DNA from: a virus | Taxonomy: Duplodnaviria > Caudoviricetes | Reading direction: 5' to 3' (one strand) | Length of the DNA: 59,846 bases | Virus record (IMG/VR): IMGVR_UViG_3300037502_002383 | Coordinates: 1 to 59,846 of that record | In this document: one piece after another, positions 27,790 to 37,759 of the stretch | How the letters are laid out: the number at the start of each line of letters is the position of its first letter | Numbering within the stretch: position 1 is the stretch's first letter | Position numbers and translations under genes: made by a program | Notes under the pieces: model-generated | Told to the model about the DNA's origin: nothing | Seen by the model: only the letters and a program-made list of their open reading frames with translations | The model's database searches: none

Positions 27790-28230
27790 ATGTCTTACAA
27801 CATCGAGCAAATCAACAGCGGCTCTGTGTCGCTGACCGCCGCCGGCTTGGCCGAGGGCACCAACGCCAACACCTACAAGACCGTCAACACGCTGACCTAC
27901 ACGGTCAACGGCGTGTTCAAGTCCAAGGGTGCGACCGACAACATCGCCATGACCTCCACGGCTGGCACCGTGCCCCCGTCCAGCGCCGCCCTGTACGGCG
28001 TGTGGATCGACGGCTCTGGCAACTTCAGCAACACCCGTGGCCCGGTGGTCGAGACCGGCGCTCCTTGCCCGGTGCCCAGCGCTCCTGCTGGTGACGTCGC
28101 TTTGGTCGGCCTGATCAAGGTCACGACCAACAGCTCGACCACCTTCACCCCGGGCTCCACCGACCTGGGCGCAGCGGGCGTCACCGACGTCTACCTCGAC
28201 TGCATGGTCATGCCGGGCAGCGCGCAGTAA
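27790..28230 (+). CDS. Capsid decoration/minor structural protein (probable)
   Basis: 146 aa, T/G/S-rich, strong RBS. Confidence 0.65.
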   Translation: MSYNIEQINSGSVSLTAAGLAEGTNANTYKTVNTLTYTVNGVFKSKGATDNIAMTSTAGTVPPSSAALYGVWIDGSGNFSNTRGPVVETGAPCPVPSAPAGDVALVGLIKVTTNSSTTFTPGSTDLGAAGVTDVYLDCMVMPGSAQ

Positions 28231-28265
28231 CCATTGCCATCTCCCTGATCCTCCTCTGGGAGTTT

Positions 28266-28294
28266 GAGAGGCGCCTTCGGGCGCCTCTCTTTTT
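28266..28294 (+). terminator. Intrinsic terminator
   Basis: GAGAGGCGCC-TTCG-GGCGCCTCTC-TTTTT. Confidence 0.85.
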
Positions 28295-28331
28295 GGCAGT
28301 TTTGTTTCCCCAACCACACGGAGAGTTTGAG

Positions 28332-28757
28332 ATGGCAAACAAGAAGGACCCCATGCAGGGCATTGAGATCGCTGACGACACGCCTGTTGTCGAGACCGTG
28401 GCGGAGTCCAAGGACTTCCGGCAGCTGGCCGCCGATGAGGCATTCATGAACGAGATGGTCACGGTGATGGTGCACAGCACCACCGACGAGAACCAGGCTC
28501 CTCATGTGATCGTCAACTGCAACGGGATGAACCAGCCGATCATCCGCGGCTATCCGACCAAGGTGCGGCGCAAGTACGTCGAGATCCTGGCTCGGATGAA
28601 GGAGACCAAGTACAGCCAGCGCACGCCGAACCCGGCCGCGCCGGATCAGTCTGAGCTGGTGCCGCGTCACGGCTTGGCATACCCCTTTGACCTGGTCGAG
28701 GACGTCAACCCGCGCGGCCGCGCGTGGCTGCAGAACGTCTTGGCTGAGCCCGCCTGA
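28332..28757 (+). CDS. Hypothetical structural/assembly protein
   Basis: VNCNG...IRG...V.RKYVEIL...YPF pattern; GGAG RBS. Confidence 0.7.
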   Translation: MANKKDPMQGIEIADDTPVVETVAESKDFRQLAADEAFMNEMVTVMVHSTTDENQAPHVIVNCNGMNQPIIRGYPTKVRRKYVEILARMKETKYSQRTPNPAAPDQSELVPRHGLAYPFDLVEDVNPRGRAWLQNVLAEPA

Positions 28758-28759
28758 GC

Positions 28760-29452
28760 ATGGATTACCTCGCCCTTGTCAACCGCGCTCGGGTGGAGTG
28801 CGGCGTTTCTGGTGCCAGCACTCCGCTGACCACGCTGAGCGGTGTCACGGGCGAGTCTTTGCGCATCAAGCAATGGGTCAGCAGCGCCTGGGTTGATGTT
28901 CAGAACGAGCACGAGGACTGGCAGTGGATGCGCACTGCCGTGCAGTTCAACACGGTCACCCAGCAGCAAACCTACACGCCGACGCAGGCCGGCGTCGGGT
29001 CTACTTTCAGCAACTGGAAGCGTGACAGCTTCCGCTGCTCGTCGGTCGGTCAGAGCTACCGAGACGAGCAGCTGCTGAACTACATGGACTACACCACCTT
29101 CCGCAACCTGTACATCTACGGGAACATGCGGACGACCTACGCTCGCCCCGTGGTGGTGTCCATTACCCCCGGCGTAGACAAGAGCTTGGCATTCGGCTCA
29201 ATCCCGGATCAACCCTACGTCATCACCGGGGAGTACTACGTCGCACCCACAGAGTTCTCAACGGACACCGACAGCCCCAATTTGCCCTCACGATTCCACA
29301 TGATGATCGTGTACAGGGCGATGATGTACTACGGTGGCTACGAAGCGGCACCCGAGGTGTACTCGCGCGGTGAATCGGAGTTCAAGCGATTGATGAACCG
29401 GTTGGAGATCGATCAAATCACCACGCCGGTCAGCGGCCCGCCGCTTGCATGA
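28760..29452 (+). CDS. Head-tail adaptor (tail tubular protein A-like)
   Basis: YLALVNR...W.W...IPDQPY...LPSRFH.MIVY.A. Confidence 0.7.
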   Translation: MDYLALVNRARVECGVSGASTPLTTLSGVTGESLRIKQWVSSAWVDVQNEHEDWQWMRTAVQFNTVTQQQTYTPTQAGVGSTFSNWKRDSFRCSSVGQSYRDEQLLNYMDYTTFRNLYIYGNMRTTYARPVVVSITPGVDKSLAFGSIPDQPYVITGEYYVAPTEFSTDTDSPNLPSRFHMMIVYRAMMYYGGYEAAPEVYSRGESEFKRLMNRLEIDQITTPVSGPPLA

Positions 29453-29460
29453 GGTGACCA

Positions 29461-31506
29461 GTGGTAGCTCCGAAGATGCCACCGGTCTCATATGACCTGG
29501 TCCAGCTGCGCGGTGGTCTTGATCTAGTCACCCCGACGCTGTCTTTGCCCCCGGGCGTAGCCCGCAGCTCGGCAAACTTTGAGTGCTCTATCACCGGCGG
29601 GTACACCCGCATCCCCGGATACGAGCGCTTTGACGGACACGACAAGCCCTCCGACGCTACGTACACCATCATCACCTGCACGATCACCGGGTCGGTGGCG
29701 GTAGGCAACACCATCAACGGCCAGACGTCAGGCGCGACCGGCAAGGTCATAGCCATCAGCGGTTCCAACGTCGTCATCACCCGCGAGACCGGCACCTTCA
29801 CGGTAGGCGAGAACGCTCGTGTCGGGATCACCGTGTTCGGCGTTGTGACCAACAACAGCGGTGTGTCTGCTGACGGCTTCACAGATGCCACGTATCGCGG
29901 CCTTGCCGCGGATGAATACCGCACGAGCATCGCGGCTGTGCCCGGCGCTGGCAGCATCCTTGGGGTCTTCTACTTCCAAGGCCTGGTCTACGCATTCCGC
30001 AACAACGTAGGCTCCTCAGCAGCCAACCTCTACAAGTCCAGCGCGGCCGGATGGGTGCAGGTCACTTTTGGCAAGGAACTGGCGTTCAACACCGGCACTG
30101 CAGAGATCTTTGACGGCAACACTGTCACCGGTGCTTCCAGCGGGGCTACAGGAGTTGTTGCCAGGGTTGTGCTGGAGTCTGGCACTTGGGCGTCGGGAGA
30201 CGCCGCTGGCCGATTGATTTTGTCCAGCAGCACGGGCACGTTCACGGCGGCAGAAAACCTGACCGTCAGCGCAGCCGTCAAGGCCAAGGCGGGCGGGGCG
30301 GCCACGCAGATAACGCTGTCGCCAGGTGGCAGGTTCGAGACGGTGCAAGGCAACTTCGGGGGCGCCAACAACAACCGCGTCTACGGCTGCGACGGCGTCA
30401 ACCGGGCGTTCGAGTTCGACGGCACGACGTTTGTGCCGATCGCGACAGGCATGGCGTCTGACGCGCCCAACCGGGTCGCGTTTCACAAGCAGCACCTGTT
30501 CCTCGGGTTTGGCTCATCCTTGCAATTCAGCTCGCTTGGCGACCCCTATCAGTGGAGCCCAATCTTGGGCGCTGGTGAGTTGGCCATGAGCGAGGCAATC
30601 ACCAATCTGATCCCACTGCCGGGTGACCAGACCAGCGGCGCGCTGGCGGTCTACTCTCGCAACACCACGTCGATCCTCTACGGCACGGACTCCACGACGT
30701 TTCAGCTGTCGACCTACAACACCGGCACGGGCGCACTGCCGTACACGGCGCAGAACCTGGATCAGTCCTATGCACTGGACGACCGCGGCATCATGGGCCT
30801 GCAGTCGTCGTTGAACTTCGGCAACTTCGTCACCTCTGCGCTGACGATGCAGATCCGGCCATTCATTGCGTCCCGGTTGAACTTGGCTTCGTGCAGCGCC
30901 GTCAACCGTGAGAAAGGGCAGTACCGGCTCTTCTTTTCAGACGGCAACGGCGTCTACGTCACCATGCTCAACGGCAAGCAGCTGGGCAGCATGCCGGTTC
31001 AATTTCCCAACGCGGCGTTGGTGTCGTGCGAGGGCGAGAACAGCGACGGCACCTCAGCTGTGTTTTTCGGGTCCAGCAACGGGTTTGTCTACCAGCTCGA
31101 CCGCGGCACCAGCTTCGACGGTCAAGCCATTTCTGCCAACTGCAACCTGGTGTTCAACAGCATCGGGTCGCCTCGCATTTTGAAGCGGTATCGCAAGGCA
31201 AGCCTTGAGATCAGCGGGGACAGCTACAGCGAGATCCAGTTTGGGTACAGCTTGGCGTACCAATCTACAGCTCTCGCGCAGCCGGTTGATTCGACGTACG
31301 AGAACAACCTGCGTCCCTCTGACTGGGACTCGTTCTTCTGGGACAACTTTGTGTGGGACGGCGCGGGCCTTGCGCCCACGGAAGTGCTAATGGAAGGCAC
31401 GGCAGAGAACGTGTCTATCCGGCTGTCCTCGGTGTCCGCCATTCTGGAAGAGTTCACCATCAACAGCATCATCGTCCACTACACGCCACGCAGGGGACTG
31501 AGGTAG
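29461..31506 (+). CDS. Tail nozzle/stabilisation protein (tubular protein B-like)
   Basis: GGLDL N-terminus, beta-rich, LQFS..GDP..W; follows the adaptor. Confidence 0.7.
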   Translation: MVAPKMPPVSYDLVQLRGGLDLVTPTLSLPPGVARSSANFECSITGGYTRIPGYERFDGHDKPSDATYTIITCTITGSVAVGNTINGQTSGATGKVIAISGSNVVITRETGTFTVGENARVGITVFGVVTNNSGVSADGFTDATYRGLAADEYRTSIAAVPGAGSILGVFYFQGLVYAFRNNVGSSAANLYKSSAAGWVQVTFGKELAFNTGTAEIFDGNTVTGASSGATGVVARVVLESGTWASGDAAGRLILSSSTGTFTAAENLTVSAAVKAKAGGAATQITLSPGGRFETVQGNFGGANNNRVYGCDGVNRAFEFDGTTFVPIATGMASDAPNRVAFHKQHLFLGFGSSLQFSSLGDPYQWSPILGAGELAMSEAITNLIPLPGDQTSGALAVYSRNTTSILYGTDSTTFQLSTYNTGTGALPYTAQNLDQSYALDDRGIMGLQSSLNFGNFVTSALTMQIRPFIASRLNLASCSAVNREKGQYRLFFSDGNGVYVTMLNGKQLGSMPVQFPNAALVSCEGENSDGTSAVFFGSSNGFVYQLDRGTSFDGQAISANCNLVFNSIGSPRILKRYRKASLEISGDSYSEIQFGYSLAYQSTALAQPVDSTYENNLRPSDWDSFFWDNFVWDGAGLAPTEVLMEGTAENVSIRLSSVSAILEEFTINSIIVHYTPRRGLR

Positions 31507-31510
31507 CAGC

Positions 31511-33937
31511 ATGCCAAATCCGTACTACGACCACACCACGTTCCCGGCTCCCAACTCTGCGGGTTCTTCCGCGGCCATGCGGACCGAGCTCGATTTGATC
31601 GAGCAGGGTTTCGACAAGCTGCCGACCTTGTCTGGCAACGCCAACAAGCTCATCGCGGTCAACGGTGCTGAGACCGCGTTGGAGCCGGTGTCGGGCAGTG
31701 TGGTCCTGCCGGGCGACCTGACGGTTGATGGCAATGTCACGCTGGGCAACGCCGGCACGGACACGCTGACGATCGCCGCGTCTGCGGTGACGTGGTCAAA
31801 CAACCCGACGCACTCGGGCAACCACACGTTCAGCGGCGGAGTGACGCTCAGCGGTGGCACGGCCGACCAAGTGCTGTTCCTCAACGGCAGCAAGCTGGTC
31901 ACGTCCAACTCCGGCTTGGCCTACGACGGCACTTATCTGACGGGCACGTTCAAGGATACGACGTTCACGCTGAAAGACGAGACTGACGCAACCAAGGTTG
32001 CGGTGTTTGAGCTGTCGGGGATCACGACGGGTACTACCAGAACCTACACGCTGCCCAACGTGTCGGCTTCGCTGGCAACGCTTGGCAACATCAGCCAGAC
32101 GTTCACGGGTGCGGTGTCGATCACGGGCACCAGCTTTGGAACTGGTAGCACCACCACGTCCATTACTTTGGGCGCGGCGACTGGCAACTCTACGACTCAG
32201 ATCGCCAGTGGCGCGTCTACCAACGGCACCACCAAGACGCTCAACATCGGCATCAACGGCCTGAGCGGCTCGACGACGGCAATCACGATCGGCTCAAGCA
32301 CTTCTGGTGCTACCAACAACATCACCATCAACGGCAATCCTACGTTCAGTGCAGGCACCGCCAACGGCGTGACCTACCTCAACGGCAGCAAGGTGCTGAC
32401 GAGCGGGAGTGCGCTGACGTTTGATGGGACGAATTTGGGTGTTGGTGGAACGCCACTTAGTGCCGCTGGATATTCGTTCTTGCGCGTTAATGGTTCAACT
32501 GGTGGCGCTGTTGAAGTCACATCGAATGGAACGCGGGTTCTGCAAATTCAAGCGGACAGCGCATCAAGCACAACAATTCAAACTATTGCTAACGGCAGCA
32601 ACCCGCCGCTGATCTTCGGCGTCAACAGCACCGAACAAATGCGCCTCACCAGCACCGGGCTGGGGATTGGGACGAGTTCGCCAACCAACAGATTGTCGGT
32701 AGTCGCAGCCAATGCAAAACAAAACATCACTTCAAGCACAGGCACAAATGAAGTAGTGTTGTTCTTGCAAAACACTGGAGGCGATCTTTATATAGGTCGT
32801 GAAAATTCAGCGGGTACGTATTTTTCAGCGCCAGCCTATTCAGCAAATTTATTTTCTGGTGGCGCTTACCCAATGCTGTTTTGGACAAACAGCACCGAAC
32901 GCATGCGCCTCGACTCCTCCGGCAACCTCGGCTTGGGGGTGACGCCGAGTGCTTGGGGCGGGTACACAGCACTTCAAGTTAAGGACACCGTTATTGGCGG
33001 GGTGTTGGGCAACAACGGACTGTTTGGTTCCAATACCTATTACAACGGCTCTGCATTTACATACATTGCTTCTGATACCGCAACGCTTTACAGGCAACTG
33101 ACGGGCTCCCATTCTTGGTTCACCGCCCCTTCCGGCACCGCAGGCAACGCGATCAGCTTCACGCAGGCAATGACCTTAACGAGCGGGGGTGATTTGCTGG
33201 TGGGGACGACGAGCCCTGCTGTAAGCGGCATTGATATTGTTAAGTCCGGCGGCACGTCAACTTATGTACGAACGTCTGATGGCACATATTCAATGCTTTC
33301 GGGCGTAGCTCCTGCGCTTGGCGGCGGGCTGGTTGGCACCACATCAAATCACCCGGTCTTGTTTTACACCAACAACACCGAACGCGCCCGCATCACGAGC
33401 GGGGGTAACTTCCTCATCAACAACACATTTGCCACAGCCTCAAAACTTATTGTTGCAGGCGATGGAACTTCAAGTGCAGCTTATGCCGGGCTCTTTGCGG
33501 ACAGTGCAGGGGCTAATCTGTTTGCGCTGCGAAATGATGGTTACATAGACACGGGGACTCGCGCTCTTTCTCCGTACAACAACACCACGGGGTCGGCAGC
33601 AAATATGTTTGTCGATTCGGCGGGTGGTCTGTTTCGCTCAACGTCATCGCTACGTTACAAGACCGATGTTCAAGATGCCACGCATGGTTTGGCCGAAGTC
33701 ATGCAGCTTCGCCCTGTCACTTACAAAGGCAAGAACGACGGCGACAAGGTGTTTGGTGGCTTGATTGCCGAAGAAGTGCATGCCGTTGGCCTGACTGAAT
33801 TTGTGGCGTACAACGATGCAGATGAGCCCGACGCGCTGCACTACGGAAACATGGTCGCGCTGCTGGCCAAAGCAATCCAAGAACAGCAAGCCCTCATCAC
33901 CGACCTCCGCGCCCGTGTTGCGGCGCTTGAAGCCTAA
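31511..33937 (+). CDS. Tail fibre with C-terminal Peptidase_S74 intramolecular chaperone
   Basis: ER(M/A)R(L/I)xSxG repeats; SSLRYKTDV...LRPVTY...GLIAEEV...AIQEQQ. Confidence 0.9.
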   Translation: MPNPYYDHTTFPAPNSAGSSAAMRTELDLIEQGFDKLPTLSGNANKLIAVNGAETALEPVSGSVVLPGDLTVDGNVTLGNAGTDTLTIAASAVTWSNNPTHSGNHTFSGGVTLSGGTADQVLFLNGSKLVTSNSGLAYDGTYLTGTFKDTTFTLKDETDATKVAVFELSGITTGTTRTYTLPNVSASLATLGNISQTFTGAVSITGTSFGTGSTTTSITLGAATGNSTTQIASGASTNGTTKTLNIGINGLSGSTTAITIGSSTSGATNNITINGNPTFSAGTANGVTYLNGSKVLTSGSALTFDGTNLGVGGTPLSAAGYSFLRVNGSTGGAVEVTSNGTRVLQIQADSASSTTIQTIANGSNPPLIFGVNSTEQMRLTSTGLGIGTSSPTNRLSVVAANAKQNITSSTGTNEVVLFLQNTGGDLYIGRENSAGTYFSAPAYSANLFSGGAYPMLFWTNSTERMRLDSSGNLGLGVTPSAWGGYTALQVKDTVIGGVLGNNGLFGSNTYYNGSAFTYIASDTATLYRQLTGSHSWFTAPSGTAGNAISFTQAMTLTSGGDLLVGTTSPAVSGIDIVKSGGTSTYVRTSDGTYSMLSGVAPALGGGLVGTTSNHPVLFYTNNTERARITSGGNFLINNTFATASKLIVAGDGTSSAAYAGLFADSAGANLFALRNDGYIDTGTRALSPYNNTTGSAANMFVDSAGGLFRSTSSLRYKTDVQDATHGLAEVMQLRPVTYKGKNDGDKVFGGLIAEEVHAVGLTEFVAYNDADEPDALHYGNMVALLAKAIQEQQALITDLRARVAALEA

Positions 33938-33954
33938 CCCCTGAAAGGACAACC

Positions 33955-34263
33955 ATGAACTGGACCATCTCTTCCCTCGACAGCACCCTGCCTGACGGCT
34001 GCGTGACCATTGCCCACTGGCGTGTATCAAAGACCGACGGCGCAGCCTCTGGCAGCGTCTACGGCACGATCAGCCTGCCCCACAAGGATCACACCGATCC
34101 GACGTTCATTCCCTACCAAGACCTGACTGAGGCGCAAGTCATTCAGTGGGTGCAGGACGCAATGGGCGCCGAGACCGTGGCGGCTCATGAAGCAGCCGTT
34201 CAGGCGCAAATCGATGCGCAACTCAACCCGGTGTCGGCTTCTGGGGTGCCCTGGGCGGCTTGA
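33955..34263 (+). CDS. Tail-fibre-associated protein
   Basis: WTISSL...HWR...FIPYQDLTEAQVIQWV...GVPW. Confidence 0.7.
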   Translation: MNWTISSLDSTLPDGCVTIAHWRVSKTDGAASGSVYGTISLPHKDHTDPTFIPYQDLTEAQVIQWVQDAMGAETVAAHEAAVQAQIDAQLNPVSASGVPWAA

Positions 34264-34272
34264 GGTGCCGGT

Positions 34273-34740
34273 ATGTTGGAAGCTCTGTTCTCGTTTCTCG
34301 GCGGCTCTGTCTTTCGGATGATCTGGGGCGAGGTTTCGGCTTGGTACAACAAGCGGCAAGACCACGCTTTTGAGATTGAGCGTCTGCGGCTGCAGGCCGA
34401 CCTGGACGCAGCTCAACACCAGCGCACCCAAGAGATGCTGCGCCTGCAAAACGAGCTGGGCATCAAGACCGTTGCGGCGCAGGCAGAGGCCGACGTAGCC
34501 ACGGCCGAAGCCGACGCTTTCGTCAAAGCCATGGAGAACGCTTTCAAGCCTTCGGGCTGGGCCTTCGTGGACATCTGGAACGGTGTCATCCGCCCGTCGG
34601 CTGCAACCATTGCGCTGACGCTGTGGGTGCTCAAGCTCAACAGCCAGAACTGGGTCATGCAGGAGTGGGACATCACGCTGGCTGGGACGGTGCTGGGTTT
34701 TTTCTTTGCGGACCGCAGCCTTGGCAAGCGTGGAAGGTAA
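34273..34740 (+). CDS. Holin-like membrane protein
   Basis: N-terminal hydrophobic segment, VIRP followed by two TM-like segments, GFFFADR; overlaps the endolysin start. Confidence 0.65.
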   Translation: MLEALFSFLGGSVFRMIWGEVSAWYNKRQDHAFEIERLRLQADLDAAQHQRTQEMLRLQNELGIKTVAAQAEADVATAEADAFVKAMENAFKPSGWAFVDIWNGVIRPSAATIALTLWVLKLNSQNWVMQEWDITLAGTVLGFFFADRSLGKRGR

Positions 34741-35182
34741 GGCTGTTGCGGTTGCACGGGACCTGTGTCTCGTGTTCGAGGGCATGTACCTCAAGCCGTA
34801 CCTGTGCCCGGCCAACGTGCCGACCATCGGCGTCGGTTCGACTTTCTACGAGGACGGTACGCGCGTATCGCTGGCTGATCCTGCGATCACTCGCGCGAGA
34901 GCGATGGCGCTACTGGAGTGGGAGTTGAACCACTGTCTGCCCAAGGTCAAGCGGCTGTGCCCAGGCCTGGCGGACTGGGGCGAGCAAGCCGCCGGCGCCA
35001 TCCTCGACTTCGCTTTCAATTGCGGTGTCGGCGCGCTGCAAAGCAGCACGCTGCGCAAGCGCATCAACGCCGACGACGAGGCTGGCGCCAAGGTTGAGCT
35101 TATGCGCTGGACCCGAGGCGGTGGCCGCGTGCTGCCCGGGCTCGTAAAAAGACGCGCGGCAGAGGTGGCGCTGCTGCCATGA
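34730..35182 (+). CDS. Endolysin, GH24 lysozyme
   Basis: FEG..LKPYLCPANVPTIGVG, FAFNCG...SSTL, LPGLVKRRAAE. Confidence 0.9.
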   Translation: MEGKAVAVARDLCLVFEGMYLKPYLCPANVPTIGVGSTFYEDGTRVSLADPAITRARAMALLEWELNHCLPKVKRLCPGLADWGEQAAGAILDFAFNCGVGALQSSTLRKRINADDEAGAKVELMRWTRGGGRVLPGLVKRRAAEVALLP

Positions 35183-35219
35183 ACCGATCTAGAATTTCCG
35201 GGGGCAAACCGCCTCGCTC

Positions 35220-35252
35220 AAAGGGCCGCACACCAGCGGCCCTTTTGCTTTT
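35220..35252 (+). terminator. Intrinsic terminator after the lysis genes
   Basis: AAAGGGCCGC-acacca-GCGGCCCTTTTGCTTTT. Confidence 0.7.
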
Positions 35253-35261
35253 GGAGTAGCC

Positions 35262-37367
35262 ATGGCTACGGCAAACAACCCCTTTGACCTGAACAACGTG
35301 ACCGGCGCCAACATGGCGCAGGCCGCCGCTGGTGCGACAACTGCAGCCACCGCCACTGGCTACAACCCGTTCACCGCGGGCGCGACCGGCTACGACTCCG
35401 CGTCAGCGGGATCGACGGGGTACAACGCCTCGACGATGACCGCGGGGGGCTATGACGCCGCTTCCGCTGGCGCCTCGGGCTACAACGCCGCGCAAGGCAC
35501 TTCGGCCAACTACAACGCCACCGACGCGCAGTCCGCGGGCTACGACGCCGCCAGCCGCACGTCTCAGGGCTATAACGCCGCCACGGCGGGCGCTTCTGGC
35601 TACAACGCATCCAGCGCGGGGTCCCAGGGCTACAACGCCATGAACGCAGGCGCGTCCGGCTACAACGCGGCTAATCGCACGGCGCAGGGCTACAACGCTA
35701 CCGACGCGAACTCAACCGGCTACAGCGCCAATGACATCAACGCCACCAACTGGGATGTGAACAACAACCAGACGGTGCAGGGGCAACTGCAAGGCATTCT
35801 TGCGGCTAACTCTCCGCTGCTGCGCATGGCGCAGGCCAACGCGCTGGCGCAGATGAACCGTCGCGGGTTGATGAACTCCAGCATGGCGATCGGCGCTGCG
35901 CAGGGCGCGCTGTACGGCGCTGCGATGCCCATCGCACAAGCGGACGCGAGCCTGTACGCCAACCAAGGTCAGTACAACGCAACCGCGGCCAACAACGCTG
36001 CGGCGGCCAACGCCACAGCGCGCAACCGGGCGGCAGAGTTTGGGGCAAGCGCCAGCAACACCGCTTCGCTCACCAATGCGGGCGCGCGCAACCGGGCTGC
36101 GGAATTTGGGGCAAGCGCCAGCAACACCGCCTCTTCCGAGAATATGGGGGCCACCAACAGGGCGCTGGAATTCACGGCGGGAGCAGGCAACACTGCGGCA
36201 CTTGCCAACGCAGCGGCAGGCAACCGGGCGCTGGAGTTCACCTCGGGCGCGGCAAACACCGCGGCTTTGGCCAACTCAGCGGCAGCCAACGAAGCAGCTC
36301 GCTTTGGCGCCGGTGCCTCCAACACCGCCGCCTTGGCTAACGCGGCTGCGGGCAACCGTGCCGCCGAGTTCACCTCGGGCGCGGCCAACACCGCCGCGTC
36401 GGAGAACATGGGCGCGCAAAACCGCGCACTGGAGTTCACCGCCGGCAACAGGCAGACCACCAACCTGGCCAACGCTTCGGCGGCAAACGAGGCGGCGCGG
36501 TTCAACGCCGGCAACCTGCAGGACATGACGCTGGCCAACACTGCGGCCAGTAACCGTGCGCTGGAGTTTGGGGCGTCGGCGGGCAACACCGCGGCGCTGG
36601 CCAACGCTGGAGCTCAAAACGAGGCGGCCGCGTTCGGTGCCAACGCCACCAACCAAGCCGCCGCGTCGAATCAAGCGGCGTCCAACCGGGCGGCTGAGTT
36701 CGGCGCTGGCGCGGCCAACACGGCTTCGCTCTCCAACGCGGCAGCCGACAACCGCGCCCTGGAGTTCAGCGCCGGCGCGACCAACACGGCTGAGCTGACC
36801 AACGCAGCAGCGGCCAACGAGGCTGCACAGTTCGGGGCCTCCGCGACCAATCAGATGTCTCGCGACTACGCGGGCACGGTCAACGCGATGGTCAGCAAGA
36901 TGCTCGACCAGTCGATGTCTTACGCACTGGCCAACGCTGACAACCAGACCAAGGTCGAGCTGCAGAACATTGACGCCTCCACGCGCAAGGACCTGGCCGC
37001 CACTGAGGCCACGTTCAAGACCGCGATGCAGGCGTCGGCCAGCGCCAACGACATCTTCCAGCAGGTCACAAAGAACATCTCGGACATCATGATGAATCCA
37101 GACCTCAGCGCCGATCCGGCGGATGGGGCTAATGGGATAAGCCCGAAGCAAGCGGCGGTCAACGCGCAGAAGGCCTACCTCAGCGCGTCCATGAGCGTGC
37201 TGGAGACGACGTCCGGCATCAAGGGTTTGAAGGACCTGCTGAACTTCGACACCGACGTCAACATTCCCGGCAGCGGGGGCGGCGATGGTGATACCGGCGG
37301 TGGCGATACCGGCGGCGGTGGTGATACCGGCGGTGGCAGCAACTGGGTTGAAAGCTCTGGGCCGTAA
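35262..37367 (+). CDS. Repeat-rich internal virion/ejection protein
   Basis: 701 aa, Ala/Asn-rich, with RRGLMNSSMA and two tandem repeat arrays. Confidence 0.75.
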   Translation: MATANNPFDLNNVTGANMAQAAAGATTAATATGYNPFTAGATGYDSASAGSTGYNASTMTAGGYDAASAGASGYNAAQGTSANYNATDAQSAGYDAASRTSQGYNAATAGASGYNASSAGSQGYNAMNAGASGYNAANRTAQGYNATDANSTGYSANDINATNWDVNNNQTVQGQLQGILAANSPLLRMAQANALAQMNRRGLMNSSMAIGAAQGALYGAAMPIAQADASLYANQGQYNATAANNAAAANATARNRAAEFGASASNTASLTNAGARNRAAEFGASASNTASSENMGATNRALEFTAGAGNTAALANAAAGNRALEFTSGAANTAALANSAAANEAARFGAGASNTAALANAAAGNRAAEFTSGAANTAASENMGAQNRALEFTAGNRQTTNLANASAANEAARFNAGNLQDMTLANTAASNRALEFGASAGNTAALANAGAQNEAAAFGANATNQAAASNQAASNRAAEFGAGAANTASLSNAAADNRALEFSAGATNTAELTNAAAANEAAQFGASATNQMSRDYAGTVNAMVSKMLDQSMSYALANADNQTKVELQNIDASTRKDLAATEATFKTAMQASASANDIFQQVTKNISDIMMNPDLSADPADGANGISPKQAAVNAQKAYLSASMSVLETTSGIKGLKDLLNFDTDVNIPGSGGGDGDTGGGDTGGGGDTGGGSNWVESSGP
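35352..35741 (+). repeat. Coding tandem repeat, 13 x 30 bp (xxGYNAxxxx)
   Basis: GGCTACAACGC-like core every 30 nt. Confidence 0.9.
36024..36881 (+). repeat. Coding tandem repeat, 13 x 66 bp (NRALEFxAGAxNTAALANAAAx)
   Basis: Counted in the translation. Confidence 0.9.
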
Positions 37368-37759
37368 TGACCCGAGAGCAGTTGCTTGAGCCGATCGTTG
37401 CATCGATCCGGCGCGGGCTACCTGTGTCCCGGTTCGAGGTGTTGCGCTATCTGAACGACTGGGCCGTGACGCCGCTGATGCAAGACGATCGCCACGTCGG
37501 CACCCTGGTCAGCAAGGGCACCGAGGTTCATGTGGCCTTGATGCCAGGTTGGCGGCCGGCGGGGAGCGCACGTCGCCTCATCCGCTCGTTGCTGCAGCCG
37601 CTGTTTGAGCGGCATGAGTTTCTGACCACGCGCGTGCGACACGGGCGCGTGAGCGAGAAGCGATTCGTGGAGCGACTGGGGTTCTCGCCGACGTGGCGTG
37701 ACGGGGACCACCAGTACTTCATCTTGGGGCAGCTGCCCTTTGAAAGGAAAGACGCATGA
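37367..37759 (+). CDS. GNAT-fold-like protein (P22 gp14/DUF2824-like position)
   Basis: EVHVA...LTTRV...RFVERLGF. Confidence 0.55.
   Translation: MTREQLLEPIVASIRRGLPVSRFEVLRYLNDWAVTPLMQDDRHVGTLVSKGTEVHVALMPGWRPAGSARRLIRSLLQPLFERHEFLTTRVRHGRVSEKRFVERLGFSPTWRDGDHQYFILGQLPFERKDA

Noticed and set aside
31511-34263. Diversity-generating retroelement acting on the fibre
   Set aside because: No reverse transcriptase and no adenine-mismatched TR/VR pair seen.
35352-36881. Regularly spaced repeats as a CRISPR-like array
   Set aside because: Unit lengths are multiples of 3, variation is codon-like within one ORF, and there are no unique spacers.
37276-37340. 15-bp GGCGGTGG(C/T)GATACC tandem repeat
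   Set aside because: An in-frame GGGDT tail of the ejection protein; no frameshift potential.
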